The notes beneath the pieces are model-generated. The model saw only the letters and a list, made by a program, of their open reading frames with translations. It did not search any database and was not told the DNA's origin. The position numbers and the translations under genes are program-made. Below, piece after piece: positions 1 to 17,400 of a stretch of DNA of 64,000 nucleotides; position 1 is the stretch's first letter, and each line of letters starts with the position of its first letter. This DNA comes from Balanoglossus misakiensis (lineage: Eukaryota; Animalia; Hemichordata). Location: NCBI GenBank assembly GCA_040954595.2, contig CM082582.2, positions 7,070,063 to 7,134,062 on the forward strand, in the 5' to 3' direction.

Positions 1-793
1 GTTATTTATTATATTAAAGTGTCCCATTAAAGGTACAAAAGACCAGTAAAACACTTTATCAAAGACGCATGATAACATTTGACATGGAAAGCTGTGTTTA
101 TTTCCTCCCAAAAATGATAATATAAACAAGGTGTTGATTCTTAAAAATTCAGCTCAACACTTCTTCATCATACATGGAATGCATATATGGGTAAACTTTC
201 TTAAACAATAAGCACACTGATAATGCAACTACATGTATACTAAAAAATTCTCAAATCTTCATCTATTAGACTATGCCACAGTCCAACTAAACTCTGATGT
301 GTGAAACTCCAATAAAATGTATTCTGGGATAACATGTTTTAGGCCGTGGCTTTTGCTGGGTAGAGTACTGGTATATTCACACACTAATACTATGGGAAGC
401 CATTCAACTTGACTCATGTGTACCTGATTATCAGCCGACATTTAATCATTCCAGTTACAAGTTTTTCAACATTGTATGCATCAATATCTTTACCATAAAC
501 ATCTACACAACTCTTTTAGTATCTTGATTTTTCATTAAAGAGAAAACCATTTCTTTCTAATGTGTCTCTGCTGGAAAAAACAAACAATATATTTGAAGGG
601 TTGGAAAAATTCATATACATGTGAACAATTTCACAACACGTCGGCACTATCACTTTATGACAGTCAGTCAAGGGAAGCAATGACATGCACCAGACACATC
701 TTCAAAATGACTCTATGGTCTATATGGCATCTGACACAATCTTAGTAGATGTACAAATCTTAAATTCAGAGGGCAGTGTTCTGTCTCAGCTGA

Positions 794-5018
<4,225 letters not shown>

Positions 5019-5393
5019 GTTTTCCAACGCAGAAGTGGTACACGCTGATGACACTGAGGTTAGCTAGTAACATATAACACGTGATTCGCTAAGTTTATTT
5101 TGCCAAATTTGTAAAAGTGTTAGTATTTTCTTCTTTTCTATGTGTATTATAACTGCAAAATGTAACTATAGACACATTTGCAGCTATTCCCGTTTAATTG
5201 GACAATTTAAAAGACAAAAAACAGATGTGCGAAGGAAATTATCAGGAAACGAACGACGATTTGCAAATGAATGACTACTTATCTTAGCTGACTACTTATC
5301 TTAGCTGTACAACAGCCAATACACAGCGCCGTGACGGCAAATTAAAGTTTGGACGGACTTTCATTAGTTTTCGTGGGCAAAAGGACGAACAGT
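5019..5393. promoter_or_regulatory. Bidirectional promoter between RNMT and SDR copy 1
   Basis: Divergent ATGs at 5018 (-) and 5394 (+). Contains CACGTG (~5078), CCAAT (~5316) and a 17-bp direct repeat TGACTACTTATCTTAGC x2 (5272-5305). Confidence 0.6.
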
Positions 5394-6691
5394 ATGCACT
5401 CGGCTCTGGTCATCGGGGCAAGCAGGGGAATTGGGCGACAAATAGCGATCACTCTCGCCAGGAACGGATACCAAGTTGGGGTCGCAGCCAAGACAACCCG
5501 GGGCTCTGAAAAGCTACCGGGTACAGTGCACAGCGTATCGCAGGAAATAACAAACGGCGGTGGGAAGGCCATACCCATCTTCTGCGATGTGCGGAATGAA
5601 GGCGACATCAAACAGGCCGTCCTCACGTGCATCGAGAAATTTGGAAGGTTGGACTTTGTCGTCTACAACGCTGGTGCTATCACATGGGACAAAGTCATCA
5701 ACACGCCTCTAAAACGGTTCGATCTCATGCACGAAGTTAATGTCCGCGGTGCATACAGTATGGTACAAGAAATTTTGCCGAAATTTATTGAACAGAAATC
5801 AGGCAAAATTTTGTTAGTTGCCCCACCGATATACTCGCGTTTTTTCAAGGGGAAGACACCGTATTCCGTTGGTAAAGTTGGTATGACCGTCCTTGTACAT
5901 GGATTAGCCAATGAATTAAAAGACACAGGTACATATATCATCATGCAAAATGTCATTGTTTACACGTTATGGATCTTGCCGAAACTCCTGCTGCATCACC
6001 AAACACCACCTTTCTTTCCTGTCACAGCAGAAAACTCAAACTGTGTGCTAGGCCAAGGAATTTGGTCATTTTTGTTGTACAGAATCCCTTAGTTGATTCT
6101 CGCGTATTTTTCAGGTGTGTCCATCACAGCTATGTGGCCTGCAACTGTAATCAGGAGTCACGTGACTGAAGTAATGGGCGTAGAAAAGGACGTGATGAGG
6201 GAGCCTACCGTCTTTGCTGACGCCTGTCTTGAAATAGCCAAGGAACCGACGAGCAGGTATACGTTCAAAGCAGACAGGTGTTTTGAAGGAGACGCACAAG
6301 TCTCCTTTAAATTAAATTTTTTAATCGGATTTCACGGAAATGTGATCCATCGTAGTGGCAGTGAGTGGTCTTTAAAAGACAAGAATGGCTCTGTTTCGTC
6401 CAAATTTGTCGGTTAGTACTCCCATTCTCCCATGCTTCAAGTTTATCGAGACTTCCGTTAAAATCGAGACTATAAGTGAATAATATTGTTTTGCACACTG
6501 ATTCTTCCTTCCGTAGATTGAATGGGCTGGCACTGATTGACGAAGATTATCTACGAAGTATTGGAGTGACCGATTTCACCAAGTACCGATGTAACGCGGA
6601 TGTAGAACCCCCGCGGATGATGCCACGCGAATTTCCATCTCTTCTTGTAGCAGAAGAAGAGACGAACATTTTACCCAATGCAAAATTATAG
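5394..6691 (+). CDS. HSDL2-like short-chain dehydrogenase/reductase, copy 1 (283 aa, C-terminal AKL PTS1, no SCP2 domain)
   Basis: Exons 5394-5928, 6115-6256, 6517-6691 (852 nt, GT-AG). Motifs: GASRGIG Rossmann motif, CDVR, YNAG, catalytic YSVGK, and the HSDL2-like DEDYLRSIGVTDFTKY. Ends NAKL-stop; AATAAA at ~6777. Confidence 0.9.
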
Positions 6692-7266
6692 GTGTACGTC
6701 ACTTTCTTGAGACAAGATTAAAACAATTGTTATCAATCATTCTCATTCAATTCCATTTTCTCAAACAGTAACTAGAAATAAATATTTCACGGAGATATGA
6801 ATGAGAGCTTTTTTGTCACCTTTGACGGCGGGCAACTTCGGCTCCACACCGGAGCAGTGATGAGCTCTGGCCCGAGTTCACAAAACAAGACTTGGCCTAC
6901 TCGTTCTAATCAGTAACCCTGCCCAGACGCTTGTTGACGCAGAAATTGGGCGAAGAAAACATGGCAACAGGCTTGTATTGCAGTTTGACTGCAACGAGTT
7001 AAGCGGCAAACTGACACGATAATGGCGTCATGACTGACTTGCTCAGAACACGCTTGGAACTATTTGGGGATATAAATTGCATGCGAGTATAAACATGAAA
7101 AAACAAGCAATGCCTGAGCTGGTTTGTTTGAGGAGAACGTCATTGTTTTTTGTGAAACATATTGAGCCATATGGATTGGAAGGGTCGCTAGTACTACAGC
7201 CGTGCCGATAAAGTTTGGGCAGACCGTCACAATTTTTGGGGGTAAAGGCCGTACAATACGCACAGT

Positions 7267-8865
7267 ATGCGCTCAGCTCTGGTCATCGGGGCAAGCAGGG
7301 GAATTGGGAGACAAATAGCGATCACACTCGCCAGGAACGGATACCAAGTTGGGGTCGCAGCCAGAGCAACCCAGGGCTGCGAAGAGCTACCGGGTACAGT
7401 GCACAGCGTATCGGAGGAAATAATCAATGACGGCGGGGAGGCCATACCCATATCTTGCGATGCGCGGAATGAAGGCGACATCAAACAGGCCGTCCTCGCG
7501 TGCATCGAGACATTCGGAAAGCTGGATTTTGTCGTCTACATCGCAGTTGCCATCACAATGGATAAAGTCATCGACACGCCCCTGAAACAGTTCGATCTCA
7601 TGCACGCAGTTAATGTCCGGGGTGTATACTGTATGGTACAAGAAATTTTGCCGAAATTCATTGAACAGAAATCAGGCAAAATTCTGTTAGTTGCCCCACC
7701 GATATACTCGCGTTATTTCAAGGGGAAGACACCGTATTCCATTGGAAAAGTTGGTATGACCGTCCTTGTACATGGTTTAGCCAATGAATTAGAGGGCACA
7801 GGTAGGCCTACTATCATGCCGAATTTCATAATTAGCAAACACAACCGTTTGTGGAATGACCGTGTAAATACCAACCTTTCAATTTTTTTGTCGTAGAAAA
7901 AAGCTCAAACTGTGTGCTAGGCCAAGGAATTTGGTCATTTTTGTTGTACAGAATCCCTTAGTTGATTCTCGCGCATTTTCAGGTGTGTCCATCACAGCAA
8001 TGTGGCCTGCAACGCTTATCAGGAGTCACGCGACTGAAGTAATGGGCTTAGACAAGGACGAGATGAGGGAGCCGACCATCTTTGCTGACGCCTGTCTTGG
8101 AATAGCCAAGGAACCGACGAGCAGGTACGTCTTCAAAAGACGCACGCTCTTCCAAATTTGTAATTGGCTTTTCATGGACCAGTGATCCACCATAGTAACA
8201 ATGCAGAAGCCTAAGTCGCCAATGAATGACCCTGTTTAGTCCAAACTTCTCGTTCAGCCCACCCAGTCGCCATACTTTGGGTAACTTACGTGAAACAATT
8301 TCCAAATGGTTTGAAATTTAACCTTGCATTTATTTATTTAGAAGGTGGCGACCCACAACGTGTCAAGAATACCACTCTCAGAATAGCTTATAATAAACAA
8401 ACACCTGTTGGACCATGGGTGTACATCCTTAGTTAGACCACTATCCGCATATCGGGCTGAATAAAAAATGCTGGGAGATAGATATTATCATCCGGGTATT
8501 ATTGAGGGAATTTCAAACTTGAAAACGATGACTATGATGACACTGTTAGTAACTCCGTCAACCCGGGCCACTCCGACACACATTGACCGCGACCATGGTT
8601 CAACTATATCAAGACATTCACTAAAATCAAGGCTCTAAATGTATGACTATAAATGAATAAAATTTTGTTGCATTTGGTTTCTTCCTTCTGTAGATTGAAT
8701 GGGCTGGCACTCATTGACGAAGATTATCTACGAAGTATTGGAGTGACCGATTTCACCAAGTACCGATGTAACCCGGATGTGGAACCAACACGGGTGATGC
8801 CACGTGAATTTCCATCTCTCCTTGTGGCCGAAGAAGATACAGTAACTAATCTTTTACCCAACTAA
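7267..8865 (+). CDS. HSDL2-like SDR, tandem copy 2 (282 aa, PTS1 lost)
   Basis: Exons 7267-7801, 7983-8124, 8694-8865 (849 nt). The first two exons are the same length as in copy 1. The frame is open and YSIGK is retained, but NAG has become IAV and the protein ends LLPN-stop. Confidence 0.85.
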
Positions 8866-10864
8866 AGCCAAATAACAGATCTTTTTTGTCACTTTCGCGT
8901 GGCCAGATTAAAGAAATTGTTATCAATCACGTTCATTAAATTCCACGATCTCAAACTTGTATTTAATATTTCATGGCGATATGACCGAGAGCTATTTTTA
9001 CATAGGCATGCCTGTTTATTTAATACGATAAAACTGTGCATTCCTAAAACTATGATTTCCTAAAACCGTAATGTCACTCATGGCTAAGTGTATTGTACAA
9101 GCCGAGGAGTTTTACAACTGCAAATCCGAATAAAAGCAGAACTCGGAAAGAATGAGGTTTGAAGTACAATATATATGTAGGTAAATAACAAAGCATCTGG
9201 CTTCTATTGCAAAGTTGAGTGGTAGGGCCCGATAATGGTGCTACGACAGGCTCGGAACACGCTCGGAACTATTTTAGGATAATTGTGTGCGAATATAAAC
9301 ATGATGATAAAACGGAGCAGCGCCAGGTTTATTTGAGGGCGAGGACCTTTTTACTGGCCCTGGCCCCGTAAAACGCCACTTGGATCGCAGCCTACACTCC
9401 CTGGTACTTAGTGTAAAAAGCATAATAGATTCGGGTAATTATTCATCCCACCCCACCCACCTTGACTTGTGATCGTCAATATGTACATCTCGGACAGGAG
9501 AAACGGTGCATGACCCGGCCGATTATTTTCTAAACCGTGCACAAGTCTGCCCATTTTGATTTAGGGATCCGCCAATCTCTACCTCTCCTGGGGAATACGA
9601 TAGACAGAATTTCGCCACAACGTTGGACTTGAGAGCTCACCGAGTGAAATTGAATGAATGACGGAAGCACCTTGTCTACAGGTAAATGAGGGATGCCGAA
9701 GGTTGTTGAGTGTCACTTAGTCCAGATTCAGTGATGCGTCCGAAGGATATCGGCGCACAGCTGCGTGCCAGTGAGGCGTTGTCCTACCTGTAGACAGTAA
9801 ATTTGCCTGATAACACGTTCGCGGTGTTATTCACCGCGCTGTCGATTTGAACAAACGTGTATGTTGTTGCAGTGGGGTCTAGATCACCGAGTGGGGCTCT
9901 CCAACTAACAGATCGAGACCTTTACTTTGCGAATCTTACTATAAATTTGGGAAATCCTTGTTCAAGGTAAGAATCGATCATGTGTCTTGTATGGTGTTTG
10001 ATATACTAGTATTAGCATACTTGAACATGTAATGAGCGCATAAAGTGTGTTTTACATGCCACAGTCATGGCACGTTTTGTGTTAGAGCCTGCTGGTACAT
10101 CGATATATCGATATCACATCGCAGTGTCATCAGTAACGTACGATTCCCCATACTTGCAGGAGAACTGATCGATTAGTGTATCATGATAAAATGTATGTAT
10201 ACCATTTTATTTCGTAGACTTATAAAGACCAAAGTTTCAATCGTAACGCCTATACGAAAAATGCGCTTCGAAACACTTTCCCGTCGTATTGCCGTTGTAT
10301 GTCGTTGACATGAAAATGCCAGTTTACGTCAAATCGGTCGACCCTTCGGACATTGCTGACATTGAACCTGCGCCCTTGCACTCTGAATAGTGAAAGTGTA
10401 ACGCATTCCACGCATAGCGCCACAGCAGTGAACAATGCTTGCTTAGGGCGGGGGTGCAAGTGGTTTCAAGGTTCTAGGGCAGGGTTTATTATTGTATAGA
10501 ACGACAGTGGCGTGACAACACAGGTACACACATATGTTTTCGAAGTAATAAAGTGTAGTAGATAGATAGTGTTGATAAGACATTTGTGTGTATCAGTAAG
10601 ACGGAAATTTCTTTTATATCGTTTAATTGCTCAACTGCATGTACAGTACCAGACGGTTCTCGTACCGACTTCCAAAACGCCCTCGGCGTCAATGGCCACG
10701 GCGATTTGTGAGCGTGGCCTTACACTCGGTCATGCTACCAAAAGATATACATGTATTCCCATTGGACTTTACGTATTGAAAATACAAGCTTGGAGTGACT
10801 TCTGTCTTCATGCTCCATTTCTTGATGCGCCCCTTTCTTAATCTTTCCAGCGCACACCTTTAAA

Positions 10865-12671
10865 ATGACGGACATATCACAGTATCAACTAACTGTCGCC
10901 TGCCTAGTCATCCTGGCCCAAGCAGGTGTTTATTCTGTCGATCCAGGTAAGGGTACGAGAATAGTCTACGACTGCTTTTGTTCGTTTAGGATGTCTGCCT
11001 TTCTGTCCTTCTGTCTTTCTGTCAGCGATCAGTCTGCAGCTGGTATAGGATATTGACGTATAAATACATTGTAAATGTTAATGATAGTCGACAGGAAATT
11101 TCCTTGTAGCAACAAAGTAAAAGGGGAACGGCACTAACAGATAGACAACCAAGATTGATTTTTGTCTTTTATCTCGATATGTAGACATTGCCATCGCACA
11201 GTTTAGCGTCCCCAGGCCGGATGGCGTGACCTACTGGCAGGACACGGCTACTGAAATCACGTTTGACGTCAATCTCGCCAACGAGGCTGCGAACGAGACA
11301 GGCGATCTGCTGAAGACCCCCAATGTCGCCACTATCGAATTGATGCTGTACCTTGCAGACAACGCCCAGTTTGAGGCGTCGACTTCTGACCGACTTTCAC
11401 AAGAAGTTAACCCACTGGTGAGGTCGACCGCACTTCAGGATTTCTGTTCCATTTTTTAAAAAAAATTTTATAATCCATTTTTTTCGTGCACGAATTATTG
11501 TATTTGACATATCTGTTGGTTTGGCCATTGTTTCCAAATTTCTTTCTTCGTTACTTGACTACCGACTACTATACGTACTATAACCACGATAAACCTTGGC
11601 ATTGAACACAGTTGCCGATGAAAATAAACAAAATGCAAAAATAATGATCAAAAAATTAACGACATTTATCGATTACCGATTTACAGGAAGCGGGGATTAG
11701 AAATGGCATCCCCGCAGGCGGCTCTTTCCGGCCGGGAGGAGGTGTTAGGGCGCACGTCAACATTTCCGCCGAAGTGTGCGGCACCCACAACTATCTGTGC
11801 GTCCGCGCGAAGGAAGCCGAGGGAGCTACCTACACGGAAGCGAATGACGCCAATAATAAATTGTGTATCTTGTTTGGTCCACAAGATGACGACAAAGCTG
11901 GAAGGAAAATTTGTCAAACGAGTAGTAAGTGTGATGTTGGTGATTGTTGTTGTTGTTTTCCATCGATGAAACACCGAGTGCGATGTGGATATATAACAAA
12001 AAATCATTTCTTCATTTTTACCAGTTTTAGGCGATATTTAGTGTGAAGTGAACGTTGACAAAAGCATTTATTTCGTTCTGCTGTTTTTTTTCCTACAGTG
12101 GATAAGGACGAGTCATATTATGGCGTAGTTATAACGTTGAAGGAAATGTCGCTGTTGAACCAGGTACGTCTATATGTTAGTTGAAAGCAAGTCGGAGTCC
12201 GTGTAACTCGACGATGAACTCAGCTCAATCAAATGGCTAAGCTGTAAGGTATATGGCACTTCTCCACAGTAAAAATTCATGGCCCAGGAAATTATTTCAA
12301 TTCTAACACCCCCGTTTTTCTTCTTCTGTCATTTTCAGTGGCCAGAAACAGTCACGAAATACCGTACCACAGTCGCTGGTTTGGTCAACACGTACTGCAA
12401 TTACAACATCAATTTTAGAAGTTGCTGTCCAGGCTACGGTTCAAAGTACGTACAGTTTTTTTTTTAATTCTGACTCTGAGAATTGTAGACCAACACTCGC
12501 CTGCGCCAGTAATATAATGTATGATAAACCTTCTGTTCTCTATATATAGACTGTTATCGAAGGCTGAGGATATCGTAACGCCGGATGACGTCAGAGTAGG
12601 CAGGGGATATCCTCAACAATCTCTTGGCAACCTAAGGTATATGATATTTACATAATTTGAAAATGAAATGC

Positions 12672-12716
<45 letters not shown>

Positions 12717-13736
12717 TGTTACACTCAAATAGTTTCACGACAAGCCTCAGTGACGAGAGACGCACCCCGTAAAGAGTTTTATCTTGTATTTGAGGTGATA
12801 TCGTTATACACACACATTTCATGTCATTTCCATTCAAGAGTAATGACCCTAGTGACACCCAAAGAAAGCAACAAATTATGTGGACTCGGGAGTACCCAGC
12901 GAAGTCGACGGGACGCACACATATATACTCACTACCTATCTCAGCGCGCCCTCTTGGGAGCCTTAACTGACAAGGAAGATGATATGATCGCCGTAAGTTT
13001 CAGCGTATGCGACTCTGTTGTACTTGGATTGGGATATTTCTCTCCAGCAAGATATGTTCCGGTAGTCTGATTAAAGCTGAAGGTATAGGGGCGAGATGCC
13101 ACAATTTTGAATCAGTAGAGATGTTTTACCAAGACGTCATGCAACGTCTAGGGTAATATAAGAGTTATTTCGACGCTTGCAATGAGTTCGGATATGATTT
13201 TGACTCCGTAGTCAAAATATCATGCACCATTGATAATTGTACAATTATTTCTATGCTTGCCAGGAGTTGGGATATGACGTCATATCGATAGCAGCCACCG
13301 AACATTTGAAAGAAGAGCAAGAACCGCTCTTGGAGAGTTGGTTGATAGCTGTGATAGCGATTTGTGCCGTGGTGTCGCTTGCTGCCATCGTGGCGATTAT
13401 ATACCTGACGCTGCCTGTCCGAAAGTGAGTCCCTGATCTTGTGTCGATCGTCTGTGCAGGCGGACAACACCCTTATTTTGTAGCCACACAAAGAAGTTTA
13501 GGATGTTGAGCAGATGAACGTCCGGCTCGGGACATATAGCAGAAACAACCAGATTCAGAATTCATAAAAAACGCCACAGTCAATACTAAACAAGTTTTCC
13601 TTTTCACACATTCTGCTGTTTTCACTTTTAACCGGACTCTGCTGATTTGACCTTCTTTGACCCTCTACGCCCTTCCCTGTTAATACATTTTCATCTGTTC
13701 CGTTTCAGGAATCGGCCCATGTATATTTACGGCTAA
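10865..13736 (+). CDS. Uncharacterised type-I membrane protein A (~384 aa): signal peptide, CARDB/Ig-like domain, Cys-containing juxtamembrane domain, TM helix, short tail
   Basis: Exons 10865-10946, 11185-11417, 11687-11924, 12099-12163, 12339-12445, 12550-12636, 12839-12992, 13264-13424, 13709-13736. All introns GT-AG, 1155 nt in frame. Signal peptide MTDISQYQLTVACLVILAQAGVYS; TM WLIAVIAICAVVSLAAIVAIIYLTLP. Exon-by-exon similarity to the next gene. Confidence 0.8.
12672..12715. repeat. (TTG)n microsatellite in an intron of gene A
   Basis: Pure TTG run; produces the spurious poly-L and poly-T ORFs. Confidence 0.95.
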
Positions 13737-14354
13737 TATGACTATTTCATACAGTCGATGACAACAACGGAAAATCGGAAATTTTGAAGAAATAATAAGA
13801 CACGAAAAATATATAATATAGTGTCATTTCGTGCATTTTGTTTGAAACTAAACCACGAAGGAAATAAAAATCATGATTGACATCCATGTTAAAATCAACA
13901 GGGCGCAGTCGTTGCTTGGCTATAATCGCGCTGTAGACGACCCCCGGAATCAACAGGTGGTATCATTGGTTCGTTTGCGTTGAAAGCTCTGTGTAATACA
14001 GTGCTCATTGCTCAGGGCAGTATGAAGTGCCGTTTGGTTAAAACGAATACTGTACTTTCGATGTGGACTGTATAATCTCTCTGTCATATGCACTTTCGAT
14101 ATAAAGCATTTAACGCTTTGAAGTACAAAGACTAACCGACCTCTCGCTCCCCCACATACAGATGAAACTGACCAATCCCTTGGTTGTATGCAAATTCACT
14201 TTCCCCACACATGTACATGTATATGCCTGCCTGCCTCCGCATTGTAATTGTCGTCTTTGGTATGACGCATGGGAGCTCGCACGCTTAACTTTGCCCTGGA
14301 ATTGTTTACTAGTACATGTATTAGGTCGGTTGCCATCACCGGGTAGCTTCATAC

Positions 14355-14362
14355 ATATAAAA
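14355..14362 (+). promoter_or_regulatory. Candidate TATA box of membrane protein B
   Basis: CATATAAAA about 50 bp upstream of ATG 14409. Confidence 0.4.
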
Positions 14363-14408
14363 TACCGTGAACCTGGCCTCCTCCAATCGTCAGCGTTAGA
14401 GGGAAAAT

Positions 14409-17400
14409 ATGTGTCGAGTTCTGATGCTCTGTTCGCCTTCTATGTGGACCGCCTTGATAGTATCAGCGCTTGTACTGCGCACGCCGACCTTTGCTTACGG
14501 TGAGTTATTACTTCTTGTGTTGTGAGCGCTCCACTGCTGTTATCAAGGGAGCATTCAATTTACCTTGGAATGCCACGCGGATACAATGTCACTTTTGAAT
14601 CCGTGGTTCAATGCTTGTTTGTGTATCGACGAGCAGAGATTGTTTGAATTTTAACTAACAGCAATCCGTTTCTACTTCCTTAAATTAAGCTTTTCGTTAA
14701 AAAAAAAAGTGAAATTACTGCTTAGCTTGAAAGAGGGAGTAGGCCTAAGTCAATTTGAGCTCGACGGTTAATTTTTAATTTTCCAAAAATGGCGTCTGTC
14801 AACGAAGGTGTTTTACTATAGAGTGGTAATCAACCATTCTCTCCACAGTGCAACATACTGTCGGCCCGGAGCAGGGAATGGCTGTTTTTATAGTGAATGT
14901 GGTGCCTATTTATAGTGCCACAGTTGCATATATTGCTGATCATAGCATCACCCCGCACTGCAGTCCTGTGTGTTTGTACAGATGCCAGCTTTCATTACTA
15001 TCATTGTGTATCGTCTTATATTTATCGATTTATTCACTTGTTCACTATTATATACAAGTTTGGTTTATAGGCTTATCAACCAGCCACATTTTTATAAATT
15101 AAAAATATGAATTTGTGAAGGCACGCGTGTTAGTTTTATTTTATTGCGATCGCCACATTCTGTTTCGGGCGGACACACCAGCACCTAGAAACCATGGCTG
15201 TTTGTGATGACTTAAATATGTGCATTAAAATTAAAGTGTTCATATTTTATACTCTAGCCACCAGCGATCCGTTCATAAATGGCCAATGGACATGGGTGGT
15301 GTTTTGCTGCTATTAAAGTGTGGCGAACTTCATGTGCTAACATTCACTTTTACTTCCTTGTAAAGGGCAAACCACACGAAAATATTCAAAACCAGTGTAC
15401 CATTGAAACCTTATATTACGGAACCTGTGCATTTGGTCGTCTCAGATGACCGTTTCCGGCTCTAGTCGAAGAAAGAGGACTTTTGTTCAAATTTGCGCGT
15501 CGTGATCCTTCTTAAGGGTTTGTCAAGCTAACTGTGAACACAAAAGATAGTGGAAATCGAACGCCGTTTGGTGATAGGACTATTATAGGAGAACGTTATC
15601 CGATACGCTGCACGTGGAACTTTGCTAAGTCGGACGCTGCATAAATATGTAAATTAACGAAAGTACGCAAGGTTTCCAATCGGGTTTAGAAAAATAACGA
15701 TCATATCTGAATGAGCTTGTCAACGCCACAGGACATCCAGTATGACAGATATCCTTATGGTCTGTAGGCCTACCAGCAACCTGTTTGAATATCATGCGCT
15801 CCTGTCTTCACTACAGATTTGTCGCCCTCTAGCTTCGTCGTCACCTCCCCGAATCCCGTCAACTACGACGTGAACACAACAGTGACGATCACTTTCAGCG
15901 TGACGGTCGCAAACAACGGCGCATTCGACGGGAACGTCACCGACTTCGGCGATTTGCGGGTGCATCTCTACGTGAGCGACAGCGTGCAGCTGGAGACTGC
16001 CGTCCACTTCACAAAGATCAACGTTCAGCTTCATTCAGTGAGTAAAACCGCGTCTTGTGATTCATGTCACGTCAGTTTTACACGTGTTCGGAATTCTTGA
16101 TCATCTACAATGTTATGCTACGCTATGATTTATGAAGTTTGTGTGTGTGTTTTTTTTTCACGAAGCATATGGTCGGTTTTGACCCAAAGTATACGTACGC
16201 TTCCTCAATAACAACAGCTGTGCAAATGAATACGCATTCACTGTTCTTTTCCATTTCGATCGCCAAACTATGTTCTCCGTTTCTATCCTCGTGTAGGTAC
16301 CAGATTTAACGGGCGTCATCGACAACGGGGAAGACCTCGAGATCTCCGACGCGACGGCCGACGTAGTCTTATCAAGAGTACACTGCCCGCTGGAGAACTA
16401 TGTCTGTGTGGAGATCGTGTTGGGAGACAACGACACCGTGTCTGAAAACAACGACAGGTGTATCAAGTTCGGTCCGCAGTCGGAAGGCAAGGCCGGGGAG
16501 AAACAGTGTCCAGAATCAGGTAAACCTCTGGAGATAGTCAGGCATTTAATAGTTAAAGTTCTCCTAGACTAGCCCACTAGTCGTTTGTTAATTTTTTGTC
16601 TTTATACAGATTTTCAATACTTTTCGTGTCAAATCCTAAATTACATTAAGTTTTCCGGCGTACATTATCCTTTACGTATTTACTGTTCTGTGTTTCTGTT
16701 CTTCTATGAAGCATTGCAGACCGACGTAGATAGTGGGGTGAATGTTGTTCTTCAGAGCTTGTCTATCTTGCTGGTAAGTTTCTTTTTTGTAAATTAATGA
16801 TCATCACTAAATAAAAATTGACATGAAAACTATGTCTTCAAGAATTCCGTATTTTAAATTGTCACTAGATAATTTATCAATTTAATATTTAAATCAAAGG
16901 ACAAGACCTTTTAGGGCATTATTTTGAAATTTGTGTACTAATGGTTTGAAATCATGATAGTGTGATGCTCTTAATTCAAATGTTTTTTCCATAAATTAAA
17001 AATCAACACTTCGATCACCAGTGGCCCTCAAAGTCTGTAGAATATCGGAATGACGTCAGTGATATCGTCAACGAGTACTGTCGAACGCATGAAAGTGAAT
17101 GCTGTGGAAACGTCAGTGTCAGGTACGTAATAAACAGACAGTCAGACAGACAGACAGGGATGTAAGGAGTTATGTTGTGAAACTTACGGCTTTGAGGCTG
17201 GAGAGCCATGGGTTCAGGAGAATAGGGGGAGTGGGTGTAACCGGGTGAGAGAGAACAGGAAACTAACCAGATGGAGATAGGAGGATAGAGAAGAGAAGGA
17301 AGAAAAAAAGGATTGGAAGTTATACAGTTTTGTCTGAATATTTGAATGACATGGAAATCAAATGGCAATACCGCAAATACGACCCACGTCAAAATAATCT

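Larger units (their letters stand above)
5320..9345 (+). repeat. Tandem segmental duplication (units ~5320-7140 and ~7195-9345)
   Basis: Similarity extends beyond the exons: 5' leader, near-identical 3' end of intron 1, 3' UTR, and a downstream block (~6965-7140 vs ~9195-9345, e.g. CTCAGAACACGCTTGGAACTATTT vs CTCGGAACACGCTCGGAACTATTT). Confidence 0.85.

Noticed and set aside
5349-6092. 247-aa ORF as a complete intronless (bacterial-like) SDR
   Set aside because: It reads into intron 1; the true C-terminus is on two further GT-AG exons, so this is not contamination.
14848-15102. Hydrophobic ORF as the signal-peptide exon of membrane protein B
   Set aside because: Exon 14409-14499 has a better signal peptide, a consensus GTGAGT donor in the required phase and an upstream TATA box.
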